From: an uncultured bacterium
Lineage (GTDB): Bacteria > Chlamydiota > Chlamydiia > Chlamydiales > Parachlamydiaceae
DNA length: 26,831 bases
Direction of reading: 5' to 3'
NCBI GenBank assembly: GCA_964577735.1
Contig: CAZOAX010000001.1
Location: 348-27,178, forward strand
Below the pieces are notes generated by a model, which was not told the DNA's origin, did not search any database, and was given only the letters and a program-made list of their open reading frames with translations. Position 1 is the first letter of the stretch. Each line of letters begins with the position of its first letter. The translations under genes were made by a program, and so were the position numbers. Shown in pieces: positions 7,763 through 15,079 of the stretch.

Positions 7763-7792
7763 TGCCCGGCTGTCATGGCCGGGTATTTTTTT
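7763..7792 (+). terminator. Intrinsic terminator after paralog 3, abutting the convergent priA stop
   Basis: TGCCCGGCT-GTCAT-GGCCGGGTA followed by T7. Clearly homologous to the 6589 terminator. Confidence 0.85.
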
Positions 7793-10004
7793 AAAAAAAC
7801 AGCGAGGTGGGATTGATATCAATACACACTTTGAATGGATCTTTTCTTTGATCTTTCACTTTCAGAATGGCACGTTGGATAGCTGCCATCTTCGGTCCTT
7901 TGATCACAAACTGCAAGCGGTACATCTCTTTTATCTTAGCATGGCCGGGTGCATCGACTACGGTCACCTCATATTCAAGAGGCAGTTCTTTGAGTATTTG
8001 CAAACGGAAATTTTCTGCGGCATTTCTTAGCGTGACCGGTTCCTTGCCGGTGAAGCGGATTTTAGCAAGGGAGGCGAATGGGGGATAGCCAAGGAGTTTT
8101 CTTGTATCGTATTCTTCTTTGAAAAAGCTTTCAAAGTCTTGCTTAGAGGCATGCTGGATAGTGCTATTTTCCGGGATGCAGGTTTGGATAAGCACTTCAC
8201 CGGGGTGGATGCCGCGACCTGCTCTGCCGGCGACTTGCGTGAGAAGTTGAAAGGTCGTTTCTCCAGATCTGAAATCGGGAAGATTAAGGCTGATATCGCT
8301 GTTGAGGATGCCGACAAGAGTGACTTCCGGGAAATGGAGCCCTTTGGCAAGCATTTGGGTGCCAATCAAAACGTCAGCTTTTCCGGTCCGGAAAGAGCGG
8401 TAGAGCTTTTGGTGGCTGCCTTTATGCTTTGTGGTATCAGCGTCAAGGCGCAGGATTCTAATTTCGGGGAAAATGGCATAGAGAGCCACTTCCACTTGCT
8501 CAGTGCCGATCCCTTTAAATTTCATGAGCCCTTCAGCTTTGCAGTGGGGGCAGTTTCTTGGGGGTGGGGAGATGGACTCATTGCAGAGATGACAACAGAG
8601 TGTATTGTCATTTTTGTGGAAGGTCAGTGAGAGATCGCACTTGGTGCATTTAATGCTTTCACCGCAAGATGTGCACATCATGAGCGTGTGGAATCCACGT
8701 CTATTGAGAAAGAGAATGGTTTGCTCTCCTTTTCGATACCGTTTTTCAATGCCTGTCAAAAGGGCATCTGAAAAGATCGTCATCCCTTTTTTCTTGTCAT
8801 ACTCCACTTTCATGTCGACAATATTCACAGTGGGCATAGGGGCGTGCTTCGGTCTTGCTTTCAACGTACTTAAAATATACTTACCAGAGATTGCATTGTG
8901 ATAGCTTTCAAGGCTGGGTGTGGCGCTACCAAGTAAGACAACAGCTTTTGAATAAAATCCCCGCATAACAGCCACGTCTCTTGCATGGTAGGCAGGCATC
9001 ATGTCCGTTTGTTTATAGGAGCTTTCATGTTCTTCATCGACGAGGATCAGGCCTAGATTTTGTACAGGGCTGAAAATAGCAGATCTCGCTCCGATCACAA
9101 TTTTAGCCTCTCCCCGCTGGATCCTTTTCCATTCGTCATATTTTTCACCGGCACTTAGGCGGTAGTGCAGGATGGCGGTCTTTCCTTCAAAGCGGCTTCT
9201 AAAATGTTCAATGGTCTGTGTGGTCAGCGCGATCTCCGGCACGAGCATGATCACGCCTTTATTCAGTTCCAATGCCTTTGCAATAGCTTGGAGATAGATC
9301 TCGGTTTTGCCGCTGCCTGTGACGCCATGGATCAGATGGGTCTCATAATGGTTTTTGTCGAGCCCTGCGTGGATTTTTTCCATGACAATGGATTGCTCTT
9401 CAGTCAACTGTTTTGGTTTGGAGCGGAAATATTCTTCGCCGACAAGAGGGGATCTATCGATCCGTGCTTTCTCTAAGTGCAGAATGCCTTTAGTCACGAG
9501 TGTATTTAATGAAGATCTTCCGGCTCCTGTTTTTTCTAATAGCTCGCTAAGAAAAACCTTGCCTTCAGCTTTTAGCATGTAGTCGAGGATCTCTGATTGG
9601 GGATGGGATTTTTTTCGAATGGTGACGAGGTCTTCTGCTATTTCCTTTCTTGTTTTTACACGGGAGACAAGGTATTGCTCTTTATGTTTTGTGTTTTTAA
9701 TGGCAGAGGGGACTAAAGATGGCAGGATAAGAGAAAGGGGTGTGCAGTAATAACCTGACATCCAGCCTGCCACTTGTAGTAAATCACTTGCAATGAACGG
9801 GATGGGGTCTAGAATTTTCTCGATCGACTTAAGCGCATAGGGAGGGGCTTTATCCGTGATATTTAACACAATCCCTTTTTTCATCACCCCTCTTAAGGGA
9901 ATTTCGACAAGCTGCCCAAGTTTAATTTGCGAAAGGAGGGATTCTGGAATTAGGTAATCAAAGGTTTTATCGATCTTTAGATCTAAAGCGATGTTTGCAA
10001 TCAT
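7791..10004 (-). CDS. priA: Primosomal protein N' (replication restart helicase PriA)
   Basis: N-terminal 3'-DNA-binding region (FDYLIP..GQLVEIPLR), Walker A HGVTGSGKT, VDEEHE, four CxxC pairs (CTSC, CTKC, CHLC, CPHC), QVAGRAGR. Confidence 0.98.
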   Translation of the reverse strand: MIANIALDLKIDKTFDYLIPESLLSQIKLGQLVEIPLRGVMKKGIVLNITDKAPPYALKSIEKILDPIPFIASDLLQVAGWMSGYYCTPLSLILPSLVPSAIKNTKHKEQYLVSRVKTRKEIAEDLVTIRKKSHPQSEILDYMLKAEGKVFLSELLEKTGAGRSSLNTLVTKGILHLEKARIDRSPLVGEEYFRSKPKQLTEEQSIVMEKIHAGLDKNHYETHLIHGVTGSGKTEIYLQAIAKALELNKGVIMLVPEIALTTQTIEHFRSRFEGKTAILHYRLSAGEKYDEWKRIQRGEAKIVIGARSAIFSPVQNLGLILVDEEHESSYKQTDMMPAYHARDVAVMRGFYSKAVVLLGSATPSLESYHNAISGKYILSTLKARPKHAPMPTVNIVDMKVEYDKKKGMTIFSDALLTGIEKRYRKGEQTILFLNRRGFHTLMMCTSCGESIKCTKCDLSLTFHKNDNTLCCHLCNESISPPPRNCPHCKAEGLMKFKGIGTEQVEVALYAIFPEIRILRLDADTTKHKGSHQKLYRSFRTGKADVLIGTQMLAKGLHFPEVTLVGILNSDISLNLPDFRSGETTFQLLTQVAGRAGRGIHPGEVLIQTCIPENSTIQHASKQDFESFFKEEYDTRKLLGYPPFASLAKIRFTGKEPVTLRNAAENFRLQILKELPLEYEVTVVDAPGHAKIKEMYRLQFVIKGPKMAAIQRAILKVKDQRKDPFKVCIDINPTSLFF

Positions 10005-10621
10005 AATAATGCAAGGATCTCATTCCATACATCGCGTCGTTTAGAAGGCTGTTCGATCAGTTCTAAAAGGGAGGGGATGGCAAGGGCGCCACTTTCTCCA
10101 ATGAGAAGCTTTCCTGAAGCTCCTTTTCTGGCATGCACTTTAATGTGCTGATGATTACTAAACGTCGTTCTTGAGCCTATCAAGACGTTGGAAGGGTTTT
10201 GCATGTGTTCATCTTTTAGATCAGATGCTGAAAAAAGATAGGCAGTGTGCCCCGCTTTTTTTAGAGCTGAAGTGATGTTCTCAAGCAGTTTCACTTCGGG
10301 TTCTGATTCCTGGTCAAAAAGAATGATTGCGGTCTTTTGAATCTCAATCGGTAAATCGACAAGCTTTAGTTTAGGACAATGAGTTTTTAGCATCTCCAGT
10401 ATCGGGTCTAGATTACAGGAAGCTGTTTCTACTTGAATGATTTCTTTGACAGCAGGCGGTTCTTTTTTAATCAAAATGGGTTTAGGAATGACTGTTGGAA
10501 TCACTTTGTTTTCAATGGGCAGGGCGGCTGGTTTTGGCAAGGGAGGAGCTTTTTTGGGAAGCTGCTCCATTAATAGCGATTTGGCAAGGCCAATGATTTC
10601 AAGATATTCCTGTGTTAGCAT
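10001..10621 (-). CDS. Hypothetical protein (206 aa), translationally coupled to priA
   Basis: ATGA overlap with the priA start. N-terminal helix, Pro-rich linker, alpha/beta domain ending PSLLELIEQPSKRRDVWNEI. Confidence 0.75.
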   Translation of the reverse strand: MLTQEYLEIIGLAKSLLMEQLPKKAPPLPKPAALPIENKVIPTVIPKPILIKKEPPAVKEIIQVETASCNLDPILEMLKTHCPKLKLVDLPIEIQKTAIILFDQESEPEVKLLENITSALKKAGHTAYLFSASDLKDEHMQNPSNVLIGSRTTFSNHQHIKVHARKGASGKLLIGESGALAIPSLLELIEQPSKRRDVWNEILALL

Positions 10622-11151
10622 CGGGTCAGGCCTGCAAGATAAGTGCGAATGGAAGGTGTGAGATGGGAAAAGCCTCTTTCCTGATATTTATTGATGAGGA
10701 ATTGTTCCGTTTGCTTGAGTCCCTGATGTTTTTTTTTGAAGAGGTTTAGTAAAAATACACGACCGAATATCTTTTTACATTCTTCCTGGTGGCGGAGTAG
10801 GAAAAAGTAAAGGTTTTCATCTGGTTCAAATGCAACCAGGAATTTTGCAATTAAATCATAGAGAGGTTGGATCTTGGTTTCATTAAACTTCTCATTTTCA
10901 ATTTCTTGAATGGTGAGGTCGATCCTTTTTTTCAAATTTGCCGATAGATCGCTTTCTTTAAGGTAATCGGCTTGGAATCTCAACTGATGAAAAAGCCCTA
11001 AATTTTCTTGCCAAGGCGGAGTGTCACTTGTCGATTTGACAAGTTCTGCTGCGGGTTTGGATTGAATGGCTTTCTGCAGACGGAACACTGTCGTTAGAAA
11101 GAGTTGAACTTGCAAGGCTGGCTGAAAACTAGAGAGTTTAAATCGATTCAT
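10615..11151 (-). CDS. Hypothetical helical protein (178 aa)
   Basis: Open frame whose stop overlaps the next gene's start by 7 nt. Protein-like composition. No family recognised with certainty. Confidence 0.7.
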   Translation of the reverse strand: MNRFKLSSFQPALQVQLFLTTVFRLQKAIQSKPAAELVKSTSDTPPWQENLGLFHQLRFQADYLKESDLSANLKKRIDLTIQEIENEKFNETKIQPLYDLIAKFLVAFEPDENLYFFLLRHQEECKKIFGRVFLLNLFKKKHQGLKQTEQFLINKYQERGFSHLTPSIRTYLAGLTRC

Positions 11152-11209
11152 CGTCTATATGATCTCGCCTTTCCTCATTTTTGGGAAGCACTAACCAAGA
11201 GCTGGAGGG

Positions 11210-11238
11210 AAAAAAGGCTCGGGACGAATTGCCCGAGC
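11210..11238 (-). terminator. Intrinsic terminator after the 39-aa small gene
   Basis: Minus strand GCTCGGG-CAATTCGT-CCCGAGC-CTTTTTT. Confidence 0.8.
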
Positions 11239-11247
11239 ACTAATTGC

Positions 11248-11367
11248 TTACCAGTTAGATTTCTTTTGCTGTTGGTTTTTATTTGATTGAGATTGAGCTG
11301 GCTTTTGTTGTTGAGTTTTTGTGTTAGCAGCAGGAGCTTTAGTTTGTGAATTTTGTTTTTTATCCAT
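11248..11367 (-). CDS. Small basic Gln/Lys/Asn-rich protein (39 aa), missed by the ORF track
   Basis: Hand translation: MDKKQNSQTKAPAANTKTQQQKPAQSQSNKNQQQKKSNW*. GGAG RBS 5 nt before the ATG, own terminator downstream, TTGACA upstream. Confidence 0.7.
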   Translation of the reverse strand: MDKKQNSQTKAPAANTKTQQQKPAQSQSNKNQQQKKSNW

Positions 11368-11405
11368 AATTTCTCCAAAAAAAGTTTAAGTTTAAGGACA
11401 AACCT

Positions 11406-11434
11406 TAATTTGCATGAGGTGCGAAAAATGTCAA
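11406..11434 (-). promoter_or_regulatory. Putative promoter of the 39-aa gene
   Basis: Perfect TTGACA (11434..11429) with a non-canonical -10 region (TGCAAATTA). Confidence 0.4.
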
Positions 11435-11442
11435 CTATTTTT

Positions 11443-13968
11443 TTATCCATTAAAAAGCGTCAGTTGAATTTCCTGCGAATTTTTTTGTATTCTATGCGGT
11501 TTTATTGGTTTTGGTGTTTCAAAAACATTTTTTTGGTTCGCATTCTCTTCTAAATGCTGCAAAATTTGTCCCGCTCTGGCGAGGACTTCCTGGGGGAGGC
11601 CGGCAAGTCTTGCGACGTGGATCCCGTAACTTTTATCTGTTCCCCCTTTGACGATTTTACGAAGGAAAAGAATGTCATCGCCGCTTTCATGGACAGCGAC
11701 ATTGTAGTTAACAGCACCTGGAACTTTTTCTTCCAGTTTGGTCAGTTCAAAATAGTGGGTCGCAAAAAGGGTCTTGGCCATTTTTCCGGGAGCTGTCAAA
11801 AGAAATTCAGCGATTGACCAGGCAAGCGAAATGCCGTCATAGGTACTTGTTCCCCTTCCGATTTCATCCAGAATAACAAGAGATCTGGATGTAGCGTGAT
11901 GCAAGATTGCGGCAGTTTCGATCATTTCCACCATGAAGGTTGATTGACCGCGGGATAGATCATCGCTTGCGCCGATTCTTGTGAATACCTTGTCGACAAT
12001 GTCGATATGGGCACTTTTAGCCGGGACAAAGCAGCCAATTTGCGCCATAATAGCAATGAGGGCCACTTGTCTGATGTAAGTGGATTTTCCAGCCATGTTG
12101 GGGCCGGTTATCAGCATCATGCGATTGTTATCACCATCTAATTTAGTGTCATTGGGAATAAACTTTTCTGTTTGTACAGCTGTTTCAATGACAGGATGGC
12201 GTCCTTCATAAATATCCAGTTTCTGCCCTGTGCCCATGCGGGGACGTACGTATCTATTTTTTAAAGCTACATGGGAGAGACTTGCAATACAATCCACTTG
12301 AGCTATAGCTTGGGCTGCTTGCAAAATGGTTGCTGTGTAAGCAGAAACTTTTTCTTTTAGCGTATTAAATAGTTCCCATTCGATCCTGGCTATTTTATCT
12401 TCAGCAGTTAGGATCTTATCTTCATAGGTTTTTAGTTCAGGAGCTGTATACCGTTCTGCGTTGGTCAAAGTCTGTCTTCTATGAAAGCTTTCAGGGATCT
12501 TTCCGGCTTGGCCTTTACTGACCTCAATATAAAACCCGCTGACCCGCGTATAGCCGACTTTGAGTGTTTTGATCCCACTTGTTTCTCTTAAATCATTTTT
12601 ATAGGTAGTCATCCAGTCTTTGCTGTTGGCCGAAAGCGTTCTTAATGTATCAAGCTCCTGATCAAAACCATCCTTAAAGGCTCCTCCATCGGAAAGACGG
12701 AAAGGAGGGTCTTCAACAAGTGCTTCTTCAATCAATTGAATCAGCGTGGTGAAATCTGCAATACGTTCAAGAGAGGCTTGCAATAGTGAAGATCTGGAAT
12801 GGTGAAGCGCATCTTTGATTGCATTTAAAGGCTTCAGTGAGTTTTTCAAGGCCACGATATCCCGTGGAGACGGAGTCGCAGCACCGATTTTAATAATGAG
12901 ACGTTCAATATCGCGAATAGGGGAAAGAAGCTCTTTTAGTTGTGTAAGCGCCCTATTTTCATGAAATAGTTCTTCCACAGCATCGTGCCTGTCATTAATC
13001 GCATCCAGTTGTAAAAGAGGTTCTGTGATCCATCGTTTTAAAGTCCTGCCACCCATCGGTGTTTCTGTATGATCCAGCACATGGAGAAGTGTGTATTTTT
13101 TAGATCCGGCGGAAGAGATAAGATCTAAATTTCTCATCGTTGTCCGATCAATTGTCATGAAAGAATCGCGCGTGTAGGGGAGAATGGCCTGAAGTTGCCC
13201 GATAGGCGTTCTCAGAGTTTCTTTGATGTGGGCAAGGAGAGCGCCACATGCATTGATGGCACTTGTCATCCCTTTTAGACCATAACCATCCAAGGATTTT
13301 GTTTGTAGCAGCCTTGTAAGAAACCCATAGGCAAGTTCATGATCAAAACGCCAGTTTTCAATGCAGTCGATCATGCAATTTAAGGATGCTTTTAATTCAT
13401 TGAAAAAAGCAGGATACTTACTTTGCATTTTGTTTGAGGAAATAATTTCCTTTGGTTGGAACCGGTAGAGCTCGCTTAATGCATGTTCAATTAAATCCAC
13501 TTCGATCACACGGCATTCAGCGCAAGTGACATCAAAAAAGGCAATTCCAATCCGGCTTCCAACCTCTGTGACAGATGCGATGTAGTTATGAGATTTCTCT
13601 TCGATAGTGGAAGAATTTAAGACAGTTCCAACAGTAACGATTCGGGTAATTTCTCTTTTGACAAGCCCCTTTGCTTCTCTCGCATCCTCCACTTGTTCTG
13701 CGATCGCAACCTTATAGCCTTTTGCAATGAGCTTATCAATGTAACTATCCAGTGTCTGGCTCGGAATTCCGCTCATTGGAATCGTCTGTCTCTTAGTTAA
13801 AGTCAGTTCAAGTTCCTTAGCGCAAATCACCGCATCTTCATGGAAAGCCTCATAAAAATCCCCGAGGCGAAAAAATACAATCGAGCCCTCTGCTGCCTTT
13901 TTGCACTCTTGCCATTGCAGCATCATCGGGGAAATCTTGACTTCAGTGGTGGCTTCTAGGGTTGTCAT
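11443..13968 (-). CDS. mutS: DNA mismatch repair protein MutS
   Basis: SPMMLQW, Phe-X-Glu motif GDFYEAF, Walker A TGPNMAGKST, Walker B LDEIGRGT, SYGIHVARLAG helix-turn-helix. Confidence 0.98.
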   Translation of the reverse strand: MTTLEATTEVKISPMMLQWQECKKAAEGSIVFFRLGDFYEAFHEDAVICAKELELTLTKRQTIPMSGIPSQTLDSYIDKLIAKGYKVAIAEQVEDAREAKGLVKREITRIVTVGTVLNSSTIEEKSHNYIASVTEVGSRIGIAFFDVTCAECRVIEVDLIEHALSELYRFQPKEIISSNKMQSKYPAFFNELKASLNCMIDCIENWRFDHELAYGFLTRLLQTKSLDGYGLKGMTSAINACGALLAHIKETLRTPIGQLQAILPYTRDSFMTIDRTTMRNLDLISSAGSKKYTLLHVLDHTETPMGGRTLKRWITEPLLQLDAINDRHDAVEELFHENRALTQLKELLSPIRDIERLIIKIGAATPSPRDIVALKNSLKPLNAIKDALHHSRSSLLQASLERIADFTTLIQLIEEALVEDPPFRLSDGGAFKDGFDQELDTLRTLSANSKDWMTTYKNDLRETSGIKTLKVGYTRVSGFYIEVSKGQAGKIPESFHRRQTLTNAERYTAPELKTYEDKILTAEDKIARIEWELFNTLKEKVSAYTATILQAAQAIAQVDCIASLSHVALKNRYVRPRMGTGQKLDIYEGRHPVIETAVQTEKFIPNDTKLDGDNNRMMLITGPNMAGKSTYIRQVALIAIMAQIGCFVPAKSAHIDIVDKVFTRIGASDDLSRGQSTFMVEMIETAAILHHATSRSLVILDEIGRGTSTYDGISLAWSIAEFLLTAPGKMAKTLFATHYFELTKLEEKVPGAVNYNVAVHESGDDILFLRKIVKGGTDKSYGIHVARLAGLPQEVLARAGQILQHLEENANQKNVFETPKPIKPHRIQKNSQEIQLTLFNG

Positions 13969-14083
13969 CGAATTCTCTCTTTTTGCCAGTACTTATACCA
14001 CACATCGGATAACTTCACCACTGAAGACCTTCCCCTTGCCCTTGCCCGATTTTTTTTTCTCTATCAGTTGTAAATTTAGAAGG

Positions 14084-14112
14084 TTGACAATTTTATTTAG
14101 ATTTGCAAGTGT
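14084..14112 (+). promoter_or_regulatory. Putative promoter of the BON/His-Cys pair
   Basis: Perfect TTGACA (14084..14089) with a non-canonical -10 region (TGCAAGTGT). Confidence 0.4.
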
Positions 14113-14140
14113 GAGGAAATCGAATTAAATGGAGGTTTAT

Positions 14141-14623
14141 ATGAAAAAATTAGCAGTTATTAGTTCTTTATTTGTAGTTTCATCACTAATGGGAGCTACA
14201 TACACAACACCGCAAACGACAACATCTACTTCAACTATCCCCAATACCCCGATGGGAACTCCGGTTAACACAGCTCCTTCAAGCCCATCTGGTCAAACTC
14301 AAGGCGTTCAAAGTCCATCCGGCAATAGCTACTTAAGTTCAGGTCGTGTGGTAGATGCAGCGCAAAAAGCAGACACAGCTGTAGAAAACAAAGATCGCTT
14401 TACATCAACAGATGACCACAAGCTTGGAAGCCAAATCCGTGTGCAGATCGCAGAAATCATCGGCGCGCCAAAAGCCAATGCTGTGATCCTCGTGATTGAT
14501 TCTGGCGATGTTAAGCTGATCGGTAAAGTGCCAAGTGAAGATGCTAAAGGAAAAATTGTTTCTGCGATTCACCAAGTAAAAGGTGTTAAGAGCATTAATA
14601 ACAAACTTGAAGTGGCAAAATAA
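14141..14623 (+). CDS. Exported BON-domain (OsmY-like) protein
   Basis: Likely start at ATG 14141 after GGAGG (the track starts at 14129). Signal-peptide-like MKKLAVISSLFVVSSLMG, Thr/Ser/Pro-rich linker, BON-type C-terminus DVKLIGKVPSEDAK...VKGVKSINNKLEV. Confidence 0.8.
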   Translation: MKKLAVISSLFVVSSLMGATYTTPQTTTSTSTIPNTPMGTPVNTAPSSPSGQTQGVQSPSGNSYLSSGRVVDAAQKADTAVENKDRFTSTDDHKLGSQIRVQIAEIIGAPKANAVILVIDSGDVKLIGKVPSEDAKGKIVSAIHQVKGVKSINNKLEVAK

Positions 14624-14644
14624 TATAAATTAAACGAGGTCATT

Positions 14645-14983
14645 ATGTCTCATCATTGTAATGATAAGAGCTGTGAAATCGATCACCATCATGAGCATTC
14701 ATCCGGATGCGGATGTGGTTGCGGCTGCAGTAACTGCAAATGCGCATGCCATCAAAAAGAAGCCTGTTTTTCTGAGCAGCTTCTTGAAATGGCAGACGAA
14801 GCTTGGATGGAACTGCTACATGAGAAGATCAAAAAGCACATTGAAACCATATCAGGTAAGCAATTAGATAAGCTTGCTGCCATTGTTTCAAAAGCCAACC
14901 ACGCGCGTTGGACAGAAAAGATGGACATTTGCAAAACCAAAGATGACTTCAAACAGCAGATTCAAGACTTCTTCCACAAGTAA
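14645..14983 (+). CDS. His/Cys-rich small protein (112 aa), putative metal binder
   Basis: N-terminus HHC...HHHEH..GCGCGCGCSNCKCACH followed by a helical domain (ADEAWMELL...ANHARW). GAGG RBS. Confidence 0.75.
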   Translation: MSHHCNDKSCEIDHHHEHSSGCGCGCGCSNCKCACHQKEACFSEQLLEMADEAWMELLHEKIKKHIETISGKQLDKLAAIVSKANHARWTEKMDICKTKDDFKQQIQDFFHK

Positions 14984-14989
14984 TCTATC

Positions 14990-15075
14990 AAAACGTACCC
15001 GTACGCGTACCCGTTCCCTTACCCGATTTCGCTTAAAACCGGGAAAGGGAACGGGTACGCGTACGGGTACGTTTT
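14990..15075. repeat. Perfect 31-bp inverted repeat (REP-like palindrome, probable bidirectional terminator) between convergent genes
   Basis: 14990..15020 is the exact reverse complement of 15045..15075. After one A-A mismatch there are 4 more pairs and a 14-nt loop. The arms are GTACCC-like hexamer arrays. Confidence 0.95.
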
Positions 15076-15079
15076 TATT

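Noticed and set aside
8027-9582. Several 60-163 aa ORFs overlapping priA
   Set aside because: Fully overlap a highly conserved gene, with no RBS or domain evidence.
10729-10737. A9 tract (mRNA) inside the 178-aa hypothetical as a phase-variation site
   Set aside because: The frame is intact (FKKKH) and such runs are common in AT-rich genomes. No evidence of variation.
11175-11450. 91-aa minus-strand ORF from the track
   Set aside because: It runs through a promoter, an RBS and a terminator. The 39-aa ORF in another frame explains these signals.
14990-15075. Palindrome or BatB repeats as a CRISPR array
   Set aside because: No direct repeats separated by unique spacers, and no cas genes.
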